This document shows positions 1-10,682 of a stretch of DNA of 64,000 nt, in pieces. The DNA lies in contig OZ220749.1 of assembly GCA_965117045.1 (NCBI GenBank), positions 1,288,143 to 1,352,142 on the forward strand, given 5' to 3'. A program made the translations under genes and the position numbers. A model generated the notes under the pieces. That model did no database searches and was not told the DNA's origin. It was given only the letters and a program-made list of their open reading frames with translations. Numbering within the stretch: the first letter of the stretch is position 1; the number at the start of each line of letters is the position of its first letter. The DNA comes from a bacterium. Its GTDB lineage: Bacteria > JAAXHH01.

Positions 1-278
1 AGGGGTGTAGGCGTGATGCGCGCCAGTTCATCGCCCTGGCCGACCCGGTCCCCTTCATTCAACGCCGGTCTCGCCAGCCGGCCGGACGCGGGGGCCGTGA
101 TCAGGTAGCGCTGTCTTACGCGGGTCCTGCCTTCCTCGTTGATCGTCACCCGCAGAGGACCTATCTCCGCCGCGGTCGAGTCGACCAGGACCGGCGCCGG
201 CATGAACGCGCGGATGAGGAGGACCAGGACGGCGGCGAGGATCACGAAGGAAATGATGTGCTTGCGACGGATTTTCAT
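1..278 (-). CDS. Efflux transporter periplasmic adaptor (HlyD/MFP family), 5' part; runs off the window
   Basis: Manual translation MKIRRKHIISFVILAAVLVLLIRAFMPAPVLVDSTAAEIGPLRVTINEEGRTRVRQRYLITAPASGRLARPALNEGDRV: N-terminal TM then EEGRTRVR..ITAPxxG; directly downstream of the ABC permease. Confidence 0.85.
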   Translation of the reverse strand, partial: MKIRRKHIISFVILAAVLVLLIRAFMPAPVLVDSTAAEIGPLRVTINEEGRTRVRQRYLITAPASGRLARPALNEGDRVGQGDELARITPTP

Positions 279-292
279 AACGGTCTCACGGT

Positions 293-2659
293 TTATTCCT
301 GGGTCTTGAGCACGCCGACCAGATCCAGGTGGCGAAGTTTTCTATGGACGATGTACGCGGACGCCACGGCCGCCGAGGTAACGATCAGGAAAGCGAACGC
401 GTAGGTCTTTCCGGTGATGACCAGCGGCATCCTGAAGAGTTCCTGGGCGGTGGCGTCCACGGCAAGATAACATAAACTCCATCCGATCAGAAAGCCAATC
501 GGTATCGAGAGGAGCGTGATGACGGCCTGTTCGCCCAGCAGGACGACGGAAATCTCCCGCTCGGTGAACCCGAGCACCCGCAGGCTGGCCATCTCGCGGT
601 TTCGTTCCGCCAGGGCGATGCGGGCGCCGTTGTACACCATGCCGCAGGCGATGATGCACGCGAAGATGGTCAGGGTGAACGTGGTGGCGTTCGTGCTTTC
701 GGCGATGGATTCTTCGAAACCCTTGATCACGGCCTCGCGGACGGCGACCCCCGCCACGGCGGGCGTTTCCTTCAGCGTGCTGTACAACTCGGCCGCCCGA
801 AGCGGGTCCACGGAGAGATAGGCGCCGGAGATGGTGCGGCCTTCGCCCAGGAACCGGTTCAGCGCGCGGGAATCCATGTACGCGGTGGTGCCGATCAGCT
901 CGTCGACGATCAGGGAAACCGGCAGGCTGCCCTGCATTCTCGATCCTTCCATGACTTCCACGGCGAGCATATCGCCCGCCCGGACCGCCAGGAGATCGGC
1001 CAGCGTCTTGTTCAGTACGATGCCCTCCGGGGGCAGTGCCTGGACCCGTCCTTCCCGATCGAACAGCTGCCGCAGTTCTCCGGCCGGATCGAGCCCCGTA
1101 ATGGCGGTCTGCTTCATCAGATGTCCGGAGCGAAGCCTGACGGGAACGGCGCGGTAGGGCTCGGAACGGACGACGCCGGGAAGCCGGGACAGTTCGAACC
1201 GGGCGCTCGCGGGACGGGGCGCCGCGAAGACGACGGCCGCGTCATCGCGCTGCACGGTACGAAACTGGTAGTCGATCATGTAGTCTATGGAGTCGAAGGT
1301 AAACCGCCCCATGACCAGGATCGCCACCGCCATGGCGATACCGAAGGCAGACAGCATCGTTCTGGCCGGCTTTCGTTCCATGTTGCGGAAGATCATGCGC
1401 CATGCCGGCGCAAGCATCCGGTGCAGGCCCAGGCGTTCCATCGCGAGCGGCCTGAAGTGGGGCGGAGATTCCGGCCGCATCGCTTCGGCCGGCGGCAGGG
1501 CCATGGCCGCCCGCAGCGCGTGCAGGGTACCCGCCAACGCGGCGGATATGCTGATCACCGCGGACAGGGTGATGACGTCGACATGCAGTTCGTAGACCAG
1601 GTCGGGGAAACGGTAATAGGCCTGGTACAAGCCGGTGAGCGGCCGGCCGATCCAGAAGCCGCCCACAATGCCGAGAAGGGTCCCGCCGGATACGGCCAGG
1701 AAGGCGAATTTCAGATAATGCCATCCGATCGACAGGTTCCGGTAACCAAAGGCCTTCATGATGGCGATCTGGTCCCGCTGGGCCCGCACCATGCGGGAAA
1801 ACACGATGTGCAGCAGAATCGCGGCGATCCCGAGGAAGATGGCCGGCGTAACGTTGCTGGATACGCTCAGGCCCAGGATTTCATCCGAAAGGAACTTGTG
1901 GGAAATCTGGCTGCCCCGGCCATAGGCGCCCGCACTCCCGTAGGGTTCGAAGATGAGATCCATGCGGTCGATCACGTCCCGTTCGCGCGCTTCCGGCGAT
2001 AGGGCGACGGCCAGGTCGTTGAACCCGCCCTCCATGTCGAAGGCCGCGCCGAGGGCGTCCCGGCTCATCCAGATCACGCCGAAGCGCAGGTTGTCCGGGA
2101 AGATGGATCCGGAGCCCTGCACCTCGTAGACGTACTCGGGCGACAGGCCGATGCCCACGACGCGCAGCGCCTTCCTCCGGCCGTTGATGACCGCCCCGAT
2201 CCAGTCGTCCGGCGCCAGTCCGTTGGCCAGGGCGAAGGCCTCGCTGATGATGACCTCTTCGGGTCTTCCGATCGCCGGATAGCGGCCCTCCTGGATCGCA
2301 ATGTCGTTGAGCACGGGCCTGCGTACTTCGGGTATGGAAACCAGCCGGCCGGTGGCGGGCTCATCCAGCCCCGGCACGTCCAGGTTCACGTCCATCACGA
2401 TCCGGGTGCGGACGCTGGAGACGCCCGGGATCCGGGCGATCCGCTCCGCGACAGGCGCCGGCGCCCGCTTGATACCGGCGAACACGTCGGCGAAACGGTA
2501 ACTCGTGTAGTAGGATTCCTGCGATTCCAGCAGGGCGATATAGGTGTGGCGTGAGGAGACGTAGACCATGATCCCGCAGGCCATCACCAGCGTGATGGCG
2601 ATGACCTGGCCGCGCATGCGCGCCAGTTCGCGGAACACCTTGCGGTTCAGGATGGTCAT
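293..2659 (-). CDS. ABC transporter permease, MacB/FtsX family (duplicated)
   Basis: 788 aa, two FtsX-type halves (QIAIMKAFGY; EMASLRVLGF) and multiple TMs. Confidence 0.93.
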   Translation of the reverse strand: MTILNRKVFRELARMRGQVIAITLVMACGIMVYVSSRHTYIALLESQESYYTSYRFADVFAGIKRAPAPVAERIARIPGVSSVRTRIVMDVNLDVPGLDEPATGRLVSIPEVRRPVLNDIAIQEGRYPAIGRPEEVIISEAFALANGLAPDDWIGAVINGRRKALRVVGIGLSPEYVYEVQGSGSIFPDNLRFGVIWMSRDALGAAFDMEGGFNDLAVALSPEARERDVIDRMDLIFEPYGSAGAYGRGSQISHKFLSDEILGLSVSSNVTPAIFLGIAAILLHIVFSRMVRAQRDQIAIMKAFGYRNLSIGWHYLKFAFLAVSGGTLLGIVGGFWIGRPLTGLYQAYYRFPDLVYELHVDVITLSAVISISAALAGTLHALRAAMALPPAEAMRPESPPHFRPLAMERLGLHRMLAPAWRMIFRNMERKPARTMLSAFGIAMAVAILVMGRFTFDSIDYMIDYQFRTVQRDDAAVVFAAPRPASARFELSRLPGVVRSEPYRAVPVRLRSGHLMKQTAITGLDPAGELRQLFDREGRVQALPPEGIVLNKTLADLLAVRAGDMLAVEVMEGSRMQGSLPVSLIVDELIGTTAYMDSRALNRFLGEGRTISGAYLSVDPLRAAELYSTLKETPAVAGVAVREAVIKGFEESIAESTNATTFTLTIFACIIACGMVYNGARIALAERNREMASLRVLGFTEREISVVLLGEQAVITLLSIPIGFLIGWSLCYLAVDATAQELFRMPLVITGKTYAFAFLIVTSAAVASAYIVHRKLRHLDLVGVLKTQE

Positions 2660-2665
2660 GACTGC

Positions 2666-3385
<720 letters not shown>

Positions 3386-3430
3386 GCCGGTTTCTCCTTG
3401 TCAACTCGTCCTGGCTATTCTTGTCCGGCC

Positions 3431-3480
3431 GCGCGTGTCGACTCCGACTGCGCGTACCAACTCCGACTGCGCGTGTCGAC
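3431..3480. repeat. Intergenic 19-nt tandem repeat (~2.6 copies)
   Basis: gcgcgtgtcgactccgact / gcgcgtaccaactccgact / gcgcgtgtcgac. Confidence 0.85.
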
Positions 3481-3500
3481 AGTGGATACATGCCGCCTGC

Positions 3501-5249
3501 CTACCGGTCCCACGGAAACCGGGCCGATGGCTGGTTGACGTAGCGTCGCAGCCCCAGCGTCAGCCGCGCCCCGCATCCGGGCGCCAGACGCACGATGAAA
3601 TCGCTGTCGTCGACGGTAACCCTTCGGCCGTCGTACTCAATTGAGCCCACCCGGTGTTCCCCGTAAGCGCCGCCCTGTACGGTGACGGTACGCGCGTCGA
3701 CCGGGTTGACGTTCACCAGGTGCACGTCCAGCCCATCCCCATCGATCCGGTCGATCAAGGCCGCCACGTCTTCCGGGATGCCGGGCCGGCCACGATCGGG
3801 ATCGAAGTAACAGAGCCTGCAGTGCAGCGGCCGGGCATAGGCGGGCTTCGGCCCTCCGGTCATGAGGTTCACGAGGGTCTCGATCCGCGCCGGGTTGAAG
3901 GGATTGGGATTGTCCGAAAGGCGCGTATCCGGCGTCGACGTATCGTTGCGGATCTTTTCCACCTGGCCCCGCAGATCCTCGAAGTCTCGCTTCAACGCGT
4001 CTGTGGGAAAACATGGGTTTGCCCCGTCCAGATAGTCCAGCCAGGGATTATCGCCGGTCAGGGCCCGGTCATCGGGATCCATGGACCAGTCGTACACCTC
4101 CACCGCGCCCCGGTCATATGGTTCGGGCGCGTAGTCGTACCAGCCGTCGTCTCCGTGCATGTGGGGATACATGGTGACGCCGTCCACGGTCTTCTTGTTG
4201 GCGTTGACCGATTCGAGGACGGTGCGCCAGACGTCCACGTACTTCCGGTCGCCCGTGAGCAGCAGGGCGTTGCCGAACCCGTCCACGGCATGGGCGACGG
4301 CATTCAGGGTGAAATTGTCCAGCCGGCCGTGGCGATGGGCGTAGACCTTGTGGTCCCATCCGTAGACGCCGCCCCACCACCGGCCCTCGCAGGCGCCGCC
4401 GATGACGCCGTCCAGGCCCACGTTCGACGGGATCACGCCCCCGTTGGCATAGGTGCGTTCCACCCACGCGTCCGCGTATTCGAGGATCCAGTCCCGGTAC
4501 TTCGCTTCGCCGGTAAGCGCATAGGCGTTGAAGGCCAGCCCCGTGCTCGTCAGGTTCAGCGGATGGTCGCCGGCCACGTCGTTGTAGGTCTCGAACCGCT
4601 CGCACATCTCCGCGTAATCGCGCTGACCGTGGAGCAGGTCGAACCGGCCGTCCTCCAACGGGTCGCCGACCCAGTCCAGGGCCGTGGTCTTGCGCAGCAT
4701 CGGCCCCCGGCTGCCGTTGAACATACTCCGGATCAACCGGCGTTCCGGGTCGTAGTTCTTTGCCTGGGGATCCTCATCCATGTAGAATCCCGCGAACCTT
4801 TTTGCCCGGCGGATATGATTCTCGTCGTCCGGATCGCAGTTGCCCAGCAGGTTGAACACCACCAGGCCTTCGGCATGATGGGCCCAGTCGCTGTGCACCG
4901 GGAACTCCTTGTAGTACATGCCGTCCCGGGCAAAGGGCACGTCGACGGTCTTCGCCTCGGTGTACTGGCGGATGTGGCCGTCCTGCGCTGTTCGGCACAT
5001 GTCCAGGATGCGGTCTCCCCCGCCGAGCAGGTAGACGACGGGCCAGTTCGCCAGGTTTTCGATGGCATCGTCCGGGCCGTCGAGGGCGCCCCAGCGGGGC
5101 ACGCATTCCAGGTAGCCCTTCTCGTCGAAGTACTTGTCGTAGAACAGTTCGAGCGCCTGGCTCATTGAGCGGATGAGGGCGCGCTCCAGCAGGGCCCACT
5201 GCGGAGGGGCCATGGGGGTGTCTATGGCTAAATTTATACGAGAAGACAT
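3501..5249 (-). CDS. Hypothetical protein, possibly an alpha/alpha-toroid (glycosidase-like) fold
   Basis: 582-aa ORF with protein-like composition rich in W/D/G and an SD-like sequence upstream; fold is inference. Confidence 0.7.
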   Translation of the reverse strand: MSSRINLAIDTPMAPPQWALLERALIRSMSQALELFYDKYFDEKGYLECVPRWGALDGPDDAIENLANWPVVYLLGGGDRILDMCRTAQDGHIRQYTEAKTVDVPFARDGMYYKEFPVHSDWAHHAEGLVVFNLLGNCDPDDENHIRRAKRFAGFYMDEDPQAKNYDPERRLIRSMFNGSRGPMLRKTTALDWVGDPLEDGRFDLLHGQRDYAEMCERFETYNDVAGDHPLNLTSTGLAFNAYALTGEAKYRDWILEYADAWVERTYANGGVIPSNVGLDGVIGGACEGRWWGGVYGWDHKVYAHRHGRLDNFTLNAVAHAVDGFGNALLLTGDRKYVDVWRTVLESVNANKKTVDGVTMYPHMHGDDGWYDYAPEPYDRGAVEVYDWSMDPDDRALTGDNPWLDYLDGANPCFPTDALKRDFEDLRGQVEKIRNDTSTPDTRLSDNPNPFNPARIETLVNLMTGGPKPAYARPLHCRLCYFDPDRGRPGIPEDVAALIDRIDGDGLDVHLVNVNPVDARTVTVQGGAYGEHRVGSIEYDGRRVTVDDSDFIVRLAPGCGARLTLGLRRYVNQPSARFPWDR

Positions 5250-5609
5250 GGAGGATCCTGACGTTCAATCTAGAATGAATGTTATGGTATTGACTATTGT
5301 AGAAGTAGTAACGATAATCAGGGTTCGCGGTGCGCTTCCGGATATGGATCCGGAGCCGGGCCTGTCGTTTCGGACGGCAGGCTATTTTATTGAACGTACT
5401 GCATTTACGTTCTCGAACCGTATAGATGATCGACAGGAAGATATGGCTTCAGACACCCATCGTCAAGCGGATCATGGGCCGCTCCGGAGGCGCCTGGACA
5501 CCACCATGCGCACCGCGATTCCCTGCGCCGTGCATCCCCGTCCGTGTACCTGTAGCGATGCCGTCGCGCCGGAAACCCCGGGACCCGTCCGCTTGAAAGG
5601 AAATGCCGT

Positions 5610-7022
5610 ATGATCAGTCGCGCCGTTTTGATGATGACAGCGTTGTCCCTTCTCCTCACGCACCCGGGCGTAACCAGGGCCCAATCGCCGACGGTCGACC
5701 GATCCAACCTGGTCCTCGAACTGCTGTTCGACGGCGACGCCCGCGATACGAGCGGAAACGGGCATCACGGCGAAGTGTTCGGTCCGGTGCTTACGTCAGA
5801 CCGCTTCGGACGGACCGACGCCGCGTACGCCTTCGACGGCCGGAACGACTATATCCGAGTCGCACCGCCGCCGCAGCTTTCCGACGAGGCGTTTACACTC
5901 TCGGTCTGGGTAAAATACGACGACGACGCATTCTCCCGGTACTGGACCAACGGTGTCATCACGCAGGACAGCGGCGGCTCCAGTGAACGACGCGTCTTTC
6001 AACTCAGCGCATTCGGTCCTTTGCCCACGTGGCACATCATGGGCCGGGGCCGCGATCCCCTGATTACCCGTCCTGTCGGGACCACCGTCTGGCGGCACCT
6101 GGCAGTTACCCACGACGGCGAGACGCACAGGCTGTACATGGACGGTGAACTTCATGATCAAGCCGAAGCGCCTTTCCCGCCACACCCGCAGGAACCGGTC
6201 TACGTCGGACGCAAGGGTTCGGGCGAACCGGATTTCTATTTCAAGGGCGTGGTCGACGACGTGCGTATCTACACGGAAACGCTCTCTCCCGAGTCCATCC
6301 TGGCCCTGACCCTGGAGAACGGATGGCAGCCTCCGGCCCTGCCGGGCATCGAAGTGCCGGATCCGCCGGAATCCTCGCTTGAAGACGCCCTCGTAGCCCA
6401 CTGGCCCATGGAGACCGCCGAAATGCGCGACGTGTCGGCCAGTGGATTGAAGACTATCGTTATGGGAGAACCAGAGCCCGTAGAAGGTCGAAGCGGAGGG
6501 GCGCTTCGATTCGACGGCAGCGAGGACTGGGCCGTGGTCAAAAACCCGTCGCTCGACCTTCTCCACTACCTGACCATTACGTGCTGGATACGGGGATTCG
6601 ATACCGAAAGCGAGTACAGCCAGGTACTCTGGTACGGTGACGGTGCCTGGGGACAGGATCCCTATTCCATGTCGATACAGGAAGGGAAGGTCGGATTCCG
6701 CGTAGACGACGTGGCGACGCAATGGGAAGTGATGACCGAGTCGGCGCCCGCCCCCGATGCCTGGACGTTCGTGGCCGCGACGCTGAATACCCGCGCTGAC
6801 GGACTCATGGATCAGAAAATCTACATCAACGGTGTACTTTCCATCGAACAGGTGACGCCGAATCCCTACCGTTACATCGAACTGGGCCGCATGTGGCTGA
6901 CCTTCGCTACCTTCGGGAGCGGATGGAACCTGTCGCGCCTGGAACTGGACGACGTCAGACTGTATAATCGCCCGTTGAGCCACACTGAGATCGAATCCCT
7001 TTTCGATGAGGTACAGGAGTAA
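5610..7022 (+). CDS. Secreted protein with two LamG/concanavalin A-like jellyroll domains
   Basis: Signal peptide; two copies of the pattern FDG..WRHLAVT..LYMDG..FKGVVDDVRIY / LDDVRLYNRPLS. Confidence 0.88.
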   Translation: MISRAVLMMTALSLLLTHPGVTRAQSPTVDRSNLVLELLFDGDARDTSGNGHHGEVFGPVLTSDRFGRTDAAYAFDGRNDYIRVAPPPQLSDEAFTLSVWVKYDDDAFSRYWTNGVITQDSGGSSERRVFQLSAFGPLPTWHIMGRGRDPLITRPVGTTVWRHLAVTHDGETHRLYMDGELHDQAEAPFPPHPQEPVYVGRKGSGEPDFYFKGVVDDVRIYTETLSPESILALTLENGWQPPALPGIEVPDPPESSLEDALVAHWPMETAEMRDVSASGLKTIVMGEPEPVEGRSGGALRFDGSEDWAVVKNPSLDLLHYLTITCWIRGFDTESEYSQVLWYGDGAWGQDPYSMSIQEGKVGFRVDDVATQWEVMTESAPAPDAWTFVAATLNTRADGLMDQKIYINGVLSIEQVTPNPYRYIELGRMWLTFATFGSGWNLSRLELDDVRLYNRPLSHTEIESLFDEVQE

Positions 7023-7026
7023 CCGC

Positions 7027-8382
7027 ATGAATCGCAACGAAGGTCCTGCAGAGGAAGCGTCGATCGGCCGGATGGAATCAGACGGCGCGTCATTGGACGA
7101 ACCGGGAAGCCGGCGGCGGTTTCTCAAGGGAGGTCTGGCGGCGGCGGCCGGAGTCGCGGCGTCCTCGGTGTGGGATGCAGCGGCCTTCGCGCAGGAAAGC
7201 GAAGCGCCTCCCTCCGGTCCGCCCGCCAGGATCGACGACGAATCCTACTGGGAAAAAGTCCGCGCGCAGTTCCACCTTAATCCAGCTACCATCTATCTGA
7301 ACAACGGGACCCTCGGGCTGTGTCCGAAGCCGGTCACGCAGGCGGTCTACGACGGGTACGTGTATCTCGCGGAAACCGGCAGCGAGGGAAGGTCCCAACT
7401 CTGGGACGAAGTGGAGGCAAGCCGGAAGACGGCCGCCCGGTTTCTGGGGGCGGACGAGCGTGAAATAGCGCTTACCCGGAACGCAACCCAGGGACTGAGC
7501 GTCATCGCGAACGGGATTCGGATGGAAACCGGGGACGAGGTGCTCATGACAACGGATGAGCACATTGCGGGGATCCAGCCCTGGACGCGCCGTGCCCGGC
7601 GATTCGGCATACAGGTCAACCAGGTTCAGATCCCCAGTCCGCCGAAGAGCAGACAGGAAGTGGTGGACCTGTTTGAGCAGGCGCTGACACCGAGGACGAA
7701 GGTGGTTTTCTTCTGCCACGTCACCCGTGGTCCAGGGCTGCTCTACCCCGTCAAAGAGCTGTGCGACATGGCCCGCGAGAAGGGTATCGTGTCGGCGGTA
7801 GACGGCGCCCAGACCCCCGGAATGACCCCCGTAAACCTGCATGAGATGGGGTGCGATCTATTCGCCACGAGCCTCCACAAGTGGGCGCTGACCCCATCCG
7901 GCACCGGATGTCTGTACGTTCGGGAAGGATTCCAGGAAACCTTCTGGCCCACGTCCGACGGCAACGGTCCGTGGGACGACCGGGAACAGCAACTCTGGCG
8001 CATTGGTCCCCACGGCACGTACGAGAGACCCATCCGGGCTGCGATAAAACCCGCGTTGGACTTTCTCGATTCCATTGGAATGGACGCAATTTACGCCCGC
8101 GACCGCATGTTGTCCGACTATCTGAAGGAACAACTCATGGAGATGCCCGGCATCAGTCTGGGAACCTCCACGGACCATGCGCTGTCGAGTCCGGGCATCA
8201 CCTCCTTCGGCGTCGATGGATGGGACACCTCGCTTCTTCGGGGCATCCTTCACGGAAAAGCCGGGATCGTCGTGAGCCGGGACCAAAGACGGTCTCACGA
8301 CATGATCCGCGTATCCACCCACTTCTACAACACGCCGGCGGAAATCGATCGACTGCTCGAGGTGTTGAGGGAAATCCTTTAG
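7027..8382 (+). CDS. Tat-exported class V PLP-dependent aminotransferase-fold enzyme
   Basis: SRRRFLKG twin-Arg signal, YLNNGTLG, VDGAQ, SLHKW (PLP Lys), RVSTHFYNT; start placed at the ATG after the upstream stop. Confidence 0.88.
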   Translation: MNRNEGPAEEASIGRMESDGASLDEPGSRRRFLKGGLAAAAGVAASSVWDAAAFAQESEAPPSGPPARIDDESYWEKVRAQFHLNPATIYLNNGTLGLCPKPVTQAVYDGYVYLAETGSEGRSQLWDEVEASRKTAARFLGADEREIALTRNATQGLSVIANGIRMETGDEVLMTTDEHIAGIQPWTRRARRFGIQVNQVQIPSPPKSRQEVVDLFEQALTPRTKVVFFCHVTRGPGLLYPVKELCDMAREKGIVSAVDGAQTPGMTPVNLHEMGCDLFATSLHKWALTPSGTGCLYVREGFQETFWPTSDGNGPWDDREQQLWRIGPHGTYERPIRAAIKPALDFLDSIGMDAIYARDRMLSDYLKEQLMEMPGISLGTSTDHALSSPGITSFGVDGWDTSLLRGILHGKAGIVVSRDQRRSHDMIRVSTHFYNTPAEIDRLLEVLREIL

Positions 8383-8475
8383 TCGCCGGTCGGTGTTGCT
8401 GCTGGCCGGTGTTGCTGACGGCCGGTGTTGATGCCTGCCGGTACCTCGTGTCTTAAAACCCCGCCGTCGACGCAG

Positions 8476-9405
8476 CTAGTCCCCGCCTTTGAAGTGCGCC
8501 GCTCCGCGATCCCGCAGGAAATCCATCGCGCGGTTTAAGTCCGGAATCCCGGTTCGCCCACCGAGCCGCGTGCAACTCATGGCGGCGACGGCCGAGGCGA
8601 ATTCGGCGGTTTTTTCCAACCCCCACTGTTGCAGCAGCCCGTAAATGTATGCGCCGTGGTATACGTCGCCCGCGCCGGTCGTATCGACGACCTCCACGGG
8701 GAATGCCGGCGTGTGAAACGACCGGCCGCCTGCCAGTGTCAGACCGCCTTCCTCGCCGAGCGTGACGATCGTGACGGATGATCCGTAACCGGCCAGGGAC
8801 TTCGCGGCCGCTTTCGGATCGGCCAGGCCGGTCAGTGCTTCGGCGAATACCCGCGAAGCGATAAGGTAGTCGGTCAACCGCAGCAAATCCCCGATGTCCT
8901 GCGGCCGGGACAGGCTGTCGGCGTCCAGGACCACGGGCACGCCGGCGCCACGCGCGATCTCCCCGGCGGCCAGCGCGGCCTGACGGCCCGTGGTGTCAAG
9001 ATGCAGGTACCTGGCGGCGGCGATCATACCGGCGGGAACTTCCGATGGAGACAATTCCACAGTCGTCCCGCCGGCCATGATGGTACGCTGCCCGGTCGAT
9101 TCATCGACGAGAATCATGCTGACCGGGGTCGTTGCACCGGGCTCCACGATCAATTGGGCCGAGTCGACCCCGTACAGGTCGAATTCCTCCTTCACGGCGC
9201 GACCCGCCATGTCGTTGCCGACTTTGCCCGCAAAGGTGGTGGATACCCCCAGCCTGGCAAGCGTGACCAGCGCGGTGGAGACCATCCCGCCGCCCTGCTG
9301 GGTCGAGTCGCTCATCCAGACCTGGTCGTCCTGGTCCGGCAGGTGGGGCACGATGCCCAGGAAATCCAGGCAGGCGCATCCCAGGCCGGCTACGTCATGG
9401 GTCAT
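8476..9405 (-). CDS. PfkB-family carbohydrate kinase
   Basis: GGG N-terminal motif and VVDTTGAGDVY PfkB signature. Confidence 0.93.
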   Translation of the reverse strand: MTHDVAGLGCACLDFLGIVPHLPDQDDQVWMSDSTQQGGGMVSTALVTLARLGVSTTFAGKVGNDMAGRAVKEEFDLYGVDSAQLIVEPGATTPVSMILVDESTGQRTIMAGGTTVELSPSEVPAGMIAAARYLHLDTTGRQAALAAGEIARGAGVPVVLDADSLSRPQDIGDLLRLTDYLIASRVFAEALTGLADPKAAAKSLAGYGSSVTIVTLGEEGGLTLAGGRSFHTPAFPVEVVDTTGAGDVYHGAYIYGLLQQWGLEKTAEFASAVAAMSCTRLGGRTGIPDLNRAMDFLRDRGAAHFKGGD

Positions 9406-9509
9406 CTTCTGTTTCCTCGAATCAATCGCTCGTAAATCACCAATACGTGAAGCACCCGCTCGTTAAGCTCCCGCTCCCTGGCTATACTCCAGTCACGGGA
9501 TTGCCCATT

Positions 9510-10433
9510 TCATTTGGTCACGTGTATACCCGTCTCATCCGCTTCGACCGGCAGGGGATCCGAAATGCCGCTCTCCGCGTCCAGGCCCTCGGTGCCCAGT
9601 AGGAACCAACGGCCGCCGTGCTCGACGAGTTGGCTGGCATAGAAGCGGCCGGCCGGCGCTTCGGGCATGATCTCCCCCGTGCCGTGGATCCGGAACGGTC
9701 CCAGCGGCGAATCGCCCACCATGGCATAGTCCGTGCTCCTGAAGGGATGACCGGGAAATCTGTTCCTGAAGGAAGGCGCCAGCCAGAAATCATGGGTACA
9801 GAAAACGAGATACCAGCGGCCTTCCATGAAGTACACCTGGGGCACCTCCATTTCCTCGGTCATCCGGTCGTGTTCCGGCGGCGGGAGCGTCTCCCACCGG
9901 ATCATGTCGGTCGACTGCGCGATGCCGATGCTGCCCCGTTCAGTCACGTCCCCGTCGGTGCGCCGCGCGCAGACGTACTGGAGCACCCGGACTCCCGTGT
10001 CCAGGAGGAAGGGGTCCCGCCAGTGGGTGAGCCGCCGCTGGCCGGTCGATTCGATCTCGTAGTGGGCAGGGTCGGCCACCGAAGTGGGATTCTCGGGTAG
10101 TTTACACCAGGTTTCCAGGTCGTCGGAAACCGCCATGCCCGCGCGCTGGACGAAGGCGGTCTCGTGCTTGTGGCCGGTATAAGCCATCCAATACCGTCCA
10201 TCGTGCCGGATGACGCTGCCGGTCGCCAGGGACTTGCCGTCCCACGCGTGCGGTGGGCCCGGTTCGAGCGCCGTCCCCCGGTACTCCCAGCGCGCCAGGT
10301 CATCCGAAACGCAGTGGTCGATTCTCCAGCCGGCCTTCCGATCCAGGGGCATGGCGAGAAACCAGGCATGGACGGTCGCATCGTCGGCAAAATACCATGC
10401 ATCGCCGATGCGGTGGCCCTCGAGTCTGAACAC
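9510..10433 (-). CDS. Five-bladed beta-propeller glycoside hydrolase-like protein (GH32/GH43-like)
   Basis: HCVSDDL..W, ATGSVI, YTG, WRDPF and MEVPQ motifs. Confidence 0.78.
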   Translation of the reverse strand: MFRLEGHRIGDAWYFADDATVHAWFLAMPLDRKAGWRIDHCVSDDLARWEYRGTALEPGPPHAWDGKSLATGSVIRHDGRYWMAYTGHKHETAFVQRAGMAVSDDLETWCKLPENPTSVADPAHYEIESTGQRRLTHWRDPFLLDTGVRVLQYVCARRTDGDVTERGSIGIAQSTDMIRWETLPPPEHDRMTEEMEVPQVYFMEGRWYLVFCTHDFWLAPSFRNRFPGHPFRSTDYAMVGDSPLGPFRIHGTGEIMPEAPAGRFYASQLVEHGGRWFLLGTEGLDAESGISDPLPVEADETGIHVTK

Positions 10434-10682
10434 GTCGGGTACTCCGTGGCAAGGATGATCCGGCCCAGGATCGCGATGGAGCGAGGAGGTGCGAGCAAAT
10501 TAACCCGCCGGTCGCCGGCGTCAAGCCCAAATCAATTGACAGGCCTTACAGGCAGCCATACCCTTTCACGACGATCGGAGATGGACGCTGCACGGTCCAT
10601 CCACCATCCCGACCAGGATGAGACCGGCCAGTATGAGACCGGACCACCATTGCCCACCTGAAGCCACAAGGAACCCTGTCCG

